NCBI GenBank assembly: GCA_964221845.1
Contig: CAXPZW010000055.1
Span: forward strand, 1,896-65,895
Length of the DNA: 64,000 nt
Source: Luminiphilus sp.
Lineage (GTDB): Bacteria; Bacteroidota; Bacteroidia; Flavobacteriales_D; Sanyastnellaceae
Reading direction: 5' to 3'
Shown: positions 56,742 through 64,000 of the stretch, piece after piece
Position numbering within the stretch: the stretch's first letter is position 1
How the letters are laid out: every line of letters starts with the position of its first letter
Notes under the pieces: generated by a model
The model's input: only the letters and a program-made list of their open reading frames with translations
Database searches by the model: none
What the model was told of the DNA's origin: nothing
Program-made: the position numbers and the translations under genes

Positions 56742-57725
56742 ATGACTCCGATTTTGCGTGCATCCGTGGTGGCCTTCTTGGTGTTGGTCACCTCCCTCAC
56801 CCACGGACAAGACACCCGCGTCCGCACCGTCCCCACAGACTCCCTGCCCGATCAAACCACTGTCCAACACTTGGAAGTGGTGCCCGGCGAAACCGCCGTG
56901 GTGTTTGAATCCCAAACCGAAACCGGCGAATGGGTGGTCTCCTCAGCAGTACTCCCCGAGATGGAGCGCCCCTTTTACACCAAGCCGTGGTTCTACGGAT
57001 TTCTGATTGTACTCGTGGCTCTGGGCCTGTACTTCACCTTCCGTTTTTTGATCGACAAGTCGCGCAAGGATGCCATCACTGCCCAAAAGGTAGCCCACCT
57101 GGAACGCAGTGCCCTGCAAGCCCAAATGAATCCGCACTTCATCTTCAACTCACTCAACTCCATCCAGAGCTACATCGCGCTCAACGAGAACGACAAGGCC
57201 AACCGGTTCTTGGCCAAGTTTGCGCGCTTGATCCGGGTAATGCTGAACAACTCACGCAGCGCCAAAGTGAGTTTGCAAGAAGAAGTGGACTCACTGCGCC
57301 TGTATTTGGAACTGGAGAAAATGCGCTTCAAAGAAAAGTTCGACTTCGACATCATCTTGGACGAAGACATCGATCCCTTGGACATTGAGCTCCCGCCCCT
57401 TTTGATCCAACCTTATTTGGAGAACGCCATCATCCACGGGCTGGCCCAAAAGCGTTCGCAAGGCAAGATCAACCTGTATTACATTCTTCAGGGCAAGTAC
57501 TTGATGGCCACTGTGACCGACAACGGGATTGGGATTGAGCAGAGTAAAAAGCAGAAGACCGGCGCCAAATCCTTGCACAAATCGGTGGGCATGACCCTCA
57601 CGCAAAAGCGCCTGGAAATGCTCGACGACGGCAACACAGACCGCAAAGTCAAGATCGAAGAAATCAAGGACCGCACCGGTGAGGTGCTGGGCACCAAGGT
57701 GGAGGTGAAAATTCGGGTGAAGTAG
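56742..57725 (+). CDS. LytS/YehU-type sensor histidine kinase (His_kinase PF06580-like)
   Basis: Signal + TM; MNPHFIFNSLNSIQ H-box typical of LytS-type kinases; C-terminal HATPase-like region. Confidence 0.75.
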   Translation: MTPILRASVVAFLVLVTSLTHGQDTRVRTVPTDSLPDQTTVQHLEVVPGETAVVFESQTETGEWVVSSAVLPEMERPFYTKPWFYGFLIVLVALGLYFTFRFLIDKSRKDAITAQKVAHLERSALQAQMNPHFIFNSLNSIQSYIALNENDKANRFLAKFARLIRVMLNNSRSAKVSLQEEVDSLRLYLELEKMRFKEKFDFDIILDEDIDPLDIELPPLLIQPYLENAIIHGLAQKRSQGKINLYYILQGKYLMATVTDNGIGIEQSKKQKTGAKSLHKSVGMTLTQKRLEMLDDGNTDRKVKIEEIKDRTGEVLGTKVEVKIRVK

Positions 57726-57727
57726 CC

Positions 57728-60700
57728 TTAGCGCACCACCGTCACCGACCCCACCTTCGTCACCTTCTCGGCCGAACATTGGCCGGTGTACTCCAAGCTG
57801 TAGGTGTACATGCCGTCGGGCACGTAATGCGTGCTGCCTTGGAAGTTGCCGATCCACGGCTCATCCTGGTCGGCGCTGTCGAAGACAGTTTCACCCCAGC
57901 GGTTCCAGACCGTCAGGTGGTAATCCTCCAGGGTCTCTCCCACAGGCACAAACACATCGTTGATGCCGTCGTTGTTGGGGGTAAAGGCGTTGGGCACGTA
58001 GAACTTCGCGTCGGCATCTTGGACGGTGAGCACCACCAATCCTTCTTGGGTACAGCCAAACGGATCGGTGTAGAAGTAGCAGTAGTCACCCGCCTCGTTG
58101 GCCACGATGAAGTCTTGCTGCTCGCCAGTGCACCACTCGTAATCGGTGCCTTCGGCGTTGATCTCGATCACGGTTTGCACGTCTTCACACGCGGTCCACT
58201 CGCGCACCTCGTAGGCATCTGGAATGGTGACCACTTCGTATTCGAAGGTGCCTTGGCAGTTGTTGAAGGTCACGTCCACCGCGTACAATCCAGGGCCCGC
58301 AACGCTGACGGTTTGGTCGGTGGACTCGTCCTGCCACATCCAGGTGGTACCGGGGCCAAAGTCAGGCGCGGTCACTTCTAAAGCCGTAAAGTCAGGGCAG
58401 AACGAGAAGGTAGTGTCGTCGTCGGCAATCAGCTCGTCGATCAGCAATACTTCCAAGGTGTAAATGTCCTCGGTGTCGCAGATGTCTTCACCAATGGTGA
58501 GCGACACATAGTAGGTGCCTGAGCTGTTGTAGGCCTGCGGTTCAGGGTCGGCGTCTTCACTGGTGAAGCCGTTGTCGAAGAACCAGTTGTAGGTCAGGTC
58601 TTCGCCGGTGGAAGTGTTGGTGAAGGACAAGGTCAAGTCCTCACAGGGCCCGCTTTGCTCGGCCTCAAACAAGGCTTCAATGGGCGGTGGGGCAATGACC
58701 GTGACGGTGGCCGTGGCCTCGCTGGTGCCCGAGCAGGCCTCAGAGCCTTCGGCGGTGATGGTCAAGGTGTACTCCCCCGGCTCTTCGTAAATGTGGACGG
58801 GGTTGGGGCCGGTGCCGGTGGAGCCGTCGCCAAAGTCCCAGGAGAAGGTGGCGCCGGCCACGGTGACCTCATCGGGGTCGAACGTGAAGGGCAGACACCC
58901 TTCGAAGGATTCCACATCAAACTCGGCGAGCGGTTCGGCAAAGACGCTGACCTCCGCGGTGACCGTGGAGTCGTTCTCGCAGCCCTCGTCAATGGCCAAG
59001 AGGCTTACGGTGTACGTACCAGGCTCGGCATAGGAGTATTCCACGTCCATGCCATTAAGCTGGGTGCCGTCGCCCATGTCCCACTCGTAGGTGAGCCAGT
59101 CCACGCCGGTGGTGTTTTCGGTGATCACCCCGAGGTTTTCGCAATCGAACTCGTAGGTGAACGACGGTATAAAGTCGGTGGGGGTAGAGATGACCACCTC
59201 GAAGTACGAGGTATCCGCCAAGTTGCAGCTGAGCGAGTCGGCTACAATCAGGCTCACTTCGTAGACGCCAGGATCTTCGTACAAGTGCGAAGGTTCAAAC
59301 TCGGTGCTGGTGTTGCCGTCGCCAAAGTCCCAAACGAAGTTGTCTCCAGAAGAGTAGTTGGAGAAGTCCACGATGAAGGGAGCACAACCGTTGGTCTCTG
59401 AACCGGTAATCGCCGAGTTGACCCCGCTGACGTCGAAGTCAATCTTGAACACGCCGATGTCCCAACCGGTGAACTGGTCTTCGGCCCAAGCGCCGGGAGT
59501 GGTGGCAAACCCGCCGCCGCTGCACACGCCTTGGTAAACGGTTCCGTTTTTGTCAAAGCGGCTGGTACCACCGTCTACGTGGTTTTCGGTGTAGTAGGTG
59601 CTGAACTCCAAGGTTTCCGCATTGGGAGCAAATGCACCCAGGTAGAAGCCGCCGGTGTCGTACAGCGCATCATCGGTCACCTCCAGGCCCCAGCCCGAAG
59701 AGTGCGAGGAGATGTAAATGTTGTCGCACGCGTCCACCAAGAACGCGATGGGAATAAAGTCGGTCGAGAAGGCGTCGCTGGTACCGATGGTGGTGGAACG
59801 CAACAGCACATCCAAAGTAGGTGGCAGGTTGGCCACAAACTGACGGGCACCTGCGTCCAAGTAGCCGTCGCCTACGACAGGCATATCCACGCCGCAGTGG
59901 CCGTAGATCCAAATGTTGTTTTCGGTATCGGTATCCAGGAAGAAGGCTTGGTCGGTCTCTTCTGTGCCGAGGTAAGTAGAGGCGTTCAAGGTGCCTCCAT
60001 CCCAGGTCAAGACAGCCACAAAGGCATCAGTCGGTACGTTCCACGCGTCGCCGTCACCTTCAATGTAGGCGGTTTGGTAGGCACCCGCGGTCGTCGGGAA
60101 GTTGGCGCTGCGGGTAGACCCACACACGTAAAAGTCACCGCTGTCCGAGACGCGTACGCCGTAGCCCATGTCATCTTCGGTGCCGCCCAGGTAGGTGCTG
60201 ACCATGAGCGTGGTGAGGTTGGCATTGAGTTGCACGAGCACTGCATCCTGCGCGCCTTCCAAGTCGTCTTGGTACGCGCTGCTGGTGACCGGGAAATCCG
60301 AAGAGCGTGTACCGCTCATCACTACCGGTTGCTGGTTGTTGTTGAGGATGATCTCACCGCGGTAGGTGTCGCCGTAGTTGAGCGAGATGGCGTTAGAACC
60401 GTCCATGTCCGAACCGCCAATGTAGCTGCATCCCAGCAGCTCGGTGCCGTCTGCAGAAATGCGTGCGATGGCCATGTCGGTCATGCCGGCCAGGTCGGAC
60501 TGGTAGGCATCGGACAGGGCCGGAAAATCGTCTGAACTGGTGGTACCAAAGACGTACAGTTCGCCTTGGTCATTGGCCACCATGGAGTGGGGATTCTCGG
60601 AGGAGTTGCCACCGATGTAGTTGGCCCAAATCAGGCCGGTGCCGTCAGGAGTGAGCTTGCTCATGGCCCAATCGGTGCCGCCGCCGTTGAACGAAGAATC

Positions 60701-61570
60701 GTACGCGCCGGTGGTGGAGGGATATCCCGGACCAAAGGCGATGGCGCCGGTGTAAATGTTGCCTTCCAAATCAAAGGTGGCAGTGTGGCCGTAGTTGCTG
60801 TCGCCAGTAGAACCGCTGAGCGTAGCGGCAATGAGTTCTGGGTCGATCACCAGGCGGTAGGCGGGGTCGAAGCCTTCTGGGAGTTCAAAGCCAATGTGCC
60901 CTTCGCGCCACACGTAAGTACAGGGCACCTCTACCATTTGCCCGTCGATCAGCTGGTAGGCAAAGGGTTTGCCCTCGACAAATTCTCCAATGGAAGTGGC
61001 GAGTTTGAGGGTGCCGTCTTCCGCAATCTCCATTCCATCAAGTCCTTCAAAATCCAGCGCAATCAATGCTGCGTCTGCGCCGGGCTCCACCCAAAAGTCG
61101 TACTTGAAATTGCCCTCGCTGCTGTGGACAAACAGATCGATGTTGGGGTAAAGTTGCTCATAGTGCACCGCACCGTGGATGTTCACCGAAGTGCGCCAAT
61201 CGGCCGGGTCATTGCCCAAAAAGTAGTTGTGCACTGCTGATTTGGTCAGCTTACCTGTCAGTTGCGCGGACTGGCTGCCCACAAAATGCATCTTCCAAGC
61301 GTGGCCGTGGAGGACGTTGGCCTCCTTCTCTTGCCAAGAAGCTTGGTTGAGGTCGTGGGCCAGGTCACGGCTCTCTTGGGAGAGGAACGTGTAGGTGAAG
61401 CAGTGCTCTTCCAAGAAGACACGGCCACCGTTGAAACCGGTTTGAAACAGGGCGGGGTGTTGCCATTGGCCCAGATTGGGCACAAAGGTGAGGCTGGGGT
61501 CGTGGGCCCACATACCGAGGGCGGGTGCCATCAGCACAACAAGCAGGAGGGTTCGGATCAGGTGCAGCAA
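57728..61570 (-). CDS. Giant (1280 aa) SBBP beta-propeller-repeat / 4x PKD-domain protein with T9SS type-B CTD
   Basis: SBBP-like repeats (YIGGSDMDG, YLGGTEDDMGYGV); PKD blocks (FVWDFGDGNTS, YEWDMGDGTQ, FSWDFGDGSTG); type-B CTD FYVPNAFTPNNDGINDVF...WNRWGE. Confidence 0.75.
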   Translation of the reverse strand: MLHLIRTLLLVVLMAPALGMWAHDPSLTFVPNLGQWQHPALFQTGFNGGRVFLEEHCFTYTFLSQESRDLAHDLNQASWQEKEANVLHGHAWKMHFVGSQSAQLTGKLTKSAVHNYFLGNDPADWRTSVNIHGAVHYEQLYPNIDLFVHSSEGNFKYDFWVEPGADAALIALDFEGLDGMEIAEDGTLKLATSIGEFVEGKPFAYQLIDGQMVEVPCTYVWREGHIGFELPEGFDPAYRLVIDPELIAATLSGSTGDSNYGHTATFDLEGNIYTGAIAFGPGYPSTTGAYDSSFNGGGTDWAMSKLTPDGTGLIWANYIGGNSSENPHSMVANDQGELYVFGTTSSDDFPALSDAYQSDLAGMTDMAIARISADGTELLGCSYIGGSDMDGSNAISLNYGDTYRGEIILNNNQQPVVMSGTRSSDFPVTSSAYQDDLEGAQDAVLVQLNANLTTLMVSTYLGGTEDDMGYGVRVSDSGDFYVCGSTRSANFPTTAGAYQTAYIEGDGDAWNVPTDAFVAVLTWDGGTLNASTYLGTEETDQAFFLDTDTENNIWIYGHCGVDMPVVGDGYLDAGARQFVANLPPTLDVLLRSTTIGTSDAFSTDFIPIAFLVDACDNIYISSHSSGWGLEVTDDALYDTGGFYLGAFAPNAETLEFSTYYTENHVDGGTSRFDKNGTVYQGVCSGGGFATTPGAWAEDQFTGWDIGVFKIDFDVSGVNSAITGSETNGCAPFIVDFSNYSSGDNFVWDFGDGNTSTEFEPSHLYEDPGVYEVSLIVADSLSCNLADTSYFEVVISTPTDFIPSFTYEFDCENLGVITENTTGVDWLTYEWDMGDGTQLNGMDVEYSYAEPGTYTVSLLAIDEGCENDSTVTAEVSVFAEPLAEFDVESFEGCLPFTFDPDEVTVAGATFSWDFGDGSTGTGPNPVHIYEEPGEYTLTITAEGSEACSGTSEATATVTVIAPPPIEALFEAEQSGPCEDLTLSFTNTSTGEDLTYNWFFDNGFTSEDADPEPQAYNSSGTYYVSLTIGEDICDTEDIYTLEVLLIDELIADDDTTFSFCPDFTALEVTAPDFGPGTTWMWQDESTDQTVSVAGPGLYAVDVTFNNCQGTFEYEVVTIPDAYEVREWTACEDVQTVIEINAEGTDYEWCTGEQQDFIVANEAGDYCYFYTDPFGCTQEGLVVLTVQDADAKFYVPNAFTPNNDGINDVFVPVGETLEDYHLTVWNRWGETVFDSADQDEPWIGNFQGSTHYVPDGMYTYSLEYTGQCSAEKVTKVGSVTVVR

Positions 61571-61904
61571 AACGGGCAGTTTAATGTCGGCGTCACGCGT
61601 CGACGTCCACAGTTTAAGACAGCATCGCGCGGTGGAAAGTTGCTTTAAGGTAAAAAATTGTTCTGCTGATTAAAATGACTCTGACGTCTCTTTTGTATTC
61701 CTATCACTACGAGTCCATGTACTATTCATGCTACAATCTACCCTTACTGCGTTGGTGTCGATTCGCAGCTCCGCGCAGAAGTCGCAGAGAGTCTATCCAA
61801 GACCGCGTGGCTGGATGCCTGGTAAAATATCCGTGAGCGAAAGCTGGTGTTGCGCATGTCCTGATCGGAATCTTTACTTTGCAAGGCACCTAATTGCCTC
61901 AGCC

Positions 61905-62651
61905 GTGTTGAAAACGATCATCATCGATGACGAGGAAGATGCGCGCACCACGCTGCGCAGCTTTGTGACCTCGTACTGCCCCAACCTCGAAATCATCGAG
62001 GAAGCCGAAGGCGTGGCCGACGGCTACCGCAAAATCATGGTCCACTCCCCCGACCTGGTCTTTTTGGACATCCAAATGGACGACGGGACGGGTTTTGACC
62101 TGCTGGGCAAAATCCGCCAGCCGGAGTTCAATGTGATCTTCACCACAGCGTTTGACGAGTACGCGATCAAGGCCTTCAAGTTCTCGGCCATCGACTACCT
62201 GCTCAAACCCATCGACCCCGACGAGCTCATCGAGGCTGTAGCCAAGGCGCGCAAAGAGCACAAGAACCAAGGCGAGCGTTTGGGTGCGCTGGTAGAAACC
62301 CACAGCAGCCAAACCTTTGACCGCATCACCCTCTCCAGCCAGGAAGGGCTCACAGTGGTCAAGCTCGACAACATCCAACGCCTGGAATCGGACTCGAACT
62401 ACACGCACTTTTTCCTGCGCACGGGCGAGAAAATCACCGTGCCCAAGTCGTTGAAAGAGTACGAACTCATCTTGCCTACAAGCCGGTTTTACCGCACGCA
62501 CCAAAGCCACATCATCAACCTGGACTACGTCAAAAAATTCGTCCGCGAAGACGGCGGTTACGTCCTCATGGACGACGGTGCTGAAATCCTGGTGGCGCGT
62601 CGCCGGAAGGAGGACTTCATTAACGTCCTGACTGGAAAAGGCGGATCTTAG
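61905..62651 (+). CDS. LytTR-family response regulator (GTG/TTG start)
   Basis: Receiver LKTIIIDDEEDARTTL...LVFLDIQMDDGTGFDL; C-terminal LytTR DNA-binding domain (NYTHFFLRTGEKITVPKSLKEYE). Confidence 0.75.
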   Translation: MLKTIIIDDEEDARTTLRSFVTSYCPNLEIIEEAEGVADGYRKIMVHSPDLVFLDIQMDDGTGFDLLGKIRQPEFNVIFTTAFDEYAIKAFKFSAIDYLLKPIDPDELIEAVAKARKEHKNQGERLGALVETHSSQTFDRITLSSQEGLTVVKLDNIQRLESDSNYTHFFLRTGEKITVPKSLKEYELILPTSRFYRTHQSHIINLDYVKKFVREDGGYVLMDDGAEILVARRRKEDFINVLTGKGGS

Positions 62652-62940
62652 CCTAGTGGTTAGTGGAAGTGCAAGTTTTTAGTGCAAGGGGGTTGGGGCC
62701 TACCGTTGTGCTGGGTTGAATTCAAAATGCAGAATGCAAAATGGGGGGGGTGCTCGTGCGATCGTAGTGCTTACTTCCTCCTTCTGGCAGCGCCGAGTAC
62801 ACTCGGCGCTGAGCAGTATGTCTCGCACCCCCACAAACACCCCACTCTTCACTTTTCACTCTTCACTTTTAACTCCCCCTTCCCTCCCCTTGCACTAAAA
62901 ACTTGCACTAACTCCTTGCACTAGCTCCCTTCCTTTTTTC
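62650..62940. repeat. TTGCAC(T)/TGCATTT-rich composite repeat element (copy 2; the first 110 bp are an inverted match to part of copy 1)
   Basis: gtggaagtgcaagt and aaaatgcagaatgcaaaatg are reverse complements of copy-1 units; ccttgcactaaaaacttgcactaactccttgcactagctcc is a direct match. Confidence 0.6.
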
Positions 62941-63167
62941 CGCAGGGAAAAAAGAAGGGAGCGAAGCCGCTGCTTCACTCCCTGCACCTAGATTGTGTTG
63001 AAGTTAACAAGAGTCCTTGGTCGGATCGTTGCTATGCGAACGGGCGGCGTGATCCGCCCTTGTGTTGTTGACCCCAAGGTGCAATGCAAAAACCGCTTGC
63101 TCGGGGGGGATTGAGCAAGCGGTTTGGGAGAATGCGTATCCGGCGGGGCCGGTGTGTTTTCGGGAGG

Positions 63168-63983
63168 TCAGAAGTCTTCGCCGTCGCCTTTGAGAGTGGG
63201 GGCGGGCTGTGGGGAGTGGGGCTTGAGAATGCTTGTGTAGGGGGATTTGTCCACCACAAGCAAGGTGATCATCAGGCCCAGGTCCAGCATGATGCTCCAG
63301 ATGTCGCCCAGCCAACTGACCTTGGCAAAGAATCCGGTTTCGGTGTCGCCGGTGATGATCAGGATGCGGGCCACAGAGGCCAGGATGCTCACCGTGAGGA
63401 TGACCATGGCCAGTCGGGGCGACCACTTTTTCATCATCAGCATCCAAATCCCTCCGGCGATGAACACCATGTTGATGATCAGTCCAATCCACGCAAAGCG
63501 CTTGGTCCACAGCTTGGTGTGGTCCGAGACCGAGAACATGTCCGAAAAGGCCTTGGGCACGTTACCCACCTTGCGCAGGGATTCGCGCTCAAATTCGGTG
63601 AGGTCCACCCGGTCCATTTCGTCAAAACCGTCTTCCCCGCCGAGGATGGTCTTCAGCGAGTCGATGCTGTGCACCAAGCTGGAGTCGCCCTCAAGGGTTT
63701 CGGGCTCCACTTCGAGTTGTTCTTGGAGTGCGTCGAGTTCTTCCCATTGGGCATCCTTGGTCTCGAGCGAGTCCATCATTTGCTGCCACTCTTGGTCAAA
63801 TTCTTCAAACACGTCCTCCCCCTCCTCGTATTGTACTGGTGGGTTCAGGATGCTCTCTTGCAAATCGACTATCTCGTCGACGTAGACGCCTTGGATGTCA
63901 CTGAAGAAGCCCAACAGGCCAAACAGGATCAGGCCCACGCCCACAATGATGCCCCAAGCGGGAAGTTTTGGTTTCATGGTCAA
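63168..63983 (-). CDS. Hypothetical membrane protein (271 aa; N-terminal TM, acidic coiled region, 3 C-terminal TM helices)
   Basis: Hydrophobic segments GIIVGVGLILFGLLGFF, IGLIINMVFIAGGIWMLMM, AMVILTVSILASVARILII, IMLDLGLMITLLVV. Confidence 0.45.
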   Translation of the reverse strand: MTMKPKLPAWGIIVGVGLILFGLLGFFSDIQGVYVDEIVDLQESILNPPVQYEEGEDVFEEFDQEWQQMMDSLETKDAQWEELDALQEQLEVEPETLEGDSSLVHSIDSLKTILGGEDGFDEMDRVDLTEFERESLRKVGNVPKAFSDMFSVSDHTKLWTKRFAWIGLIINMVFIAGGIWMLMMKKWSPRLAMVILTVSILASVARILIITGDTETGFFAKVSWLGDIWSIMLDLGLMITLLVVDKSPYTSILKPHSPQPAPTLKGDGEDF

Positions 63984-64000
63984 AAGCTAGTGAATGGGTC

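Noticed and set aside
1-64000. Prophage, integrative element or defence island
   Set aside because: There are no integrase, transposase, tRNA-flanked direct repeats, restriction-modification, Cas, toxin-antitoxin or ATPase-nuclease gene pairs. The tail-fibre-like motif genes lack any phage structural neighbours.

Overview
This 64-kb window looks like chromosomal DNA from a high-GC Bacteroidota genome. The evidence is Bacteroidetes-type -7 promoter boxes (TAnnTTTG), DUF3078 and DUF4197 proteins, PorP/SprF, and five type-IX-secretion (T9SS) C-terminal-domain cargo genes. The window carries roughly 60 genes on both strands. Most are housekeeping genes. The 5' portion holds rny (5'-truncated at the window edge), recF, a DUF721 protein, and a minus-strand tatA / Na+/Ca2+ exchanger / alkB operon. 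After that come aroK, a PyrR-like phosphoribosyltransferase, ridA, an LptD-like protein, an AmiC-like amidase with a SPOR domain, MlaD, and a split HdrD-like iron-sulfur pair. The 3' portion holds fabG, SPFH and DUF218 proteins, rpmB, cinA, fabD, phhA, an MFS transporter, glmM, a cysteine desulfurase, lpdA, an M16 peptidase, and a LytS/LytTR two-component pair. I found no integrase, transposase, CRISPR array, rRNA or convincing tRNA. I see no classical defence system. The loci that do not fit the housekeeping pattern are listed below.
1. A tandem pair of mosaic collagen-like surface-protein genes carries a phage-tail-fibre-type motif (AYELW...EEDFLASLVGPQGEPG) and shares a ~385-bp, ~97%-identical direct repeat. 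A dockerin-like micro-ORF on a low-GC leader precedes them (33.1-36.6 kb).
2. Four co-directional lipoproteins with overlapping starts and stops form an operon (9.7-13.8 kb). It includes a Tat-exported DUF1501-like protein next to a lipoprotein with a PSCyt1-like domain carrying an unusual CX4CH motif. A 1152-aa type-B-CTD adhesin and its PorP/SprF partner follow immediately (13.8-18.3 kb).
3. A LytS-type histidine kinase and a LytTR response regulator are separated by a 3.8-kb SBBP/PKD type-B-CTD adhesin gene.
4. A hypothetical gene appears frameshifted at a (CG)4 tract. Adding one CG unit restores a clean ORF that terminates 2 bp into the ridA stop.
5. Ten in-register 72-bp tandem repeats inside a 1166-aa T9SS protein encode a Cys/Asp-rich 24-aa module.
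6. A composite TTGCAC(T)/TGCATTT-rich repeat occurs at two intergenic loci, one copy partly inverted.
The ORF-table coordinates are the anchors throughout. Several of my raw-sequence position readings disagreed with the table by 1-20 nt. Any position derived from reading the raw sequence rather than from the table is therefore approximate.
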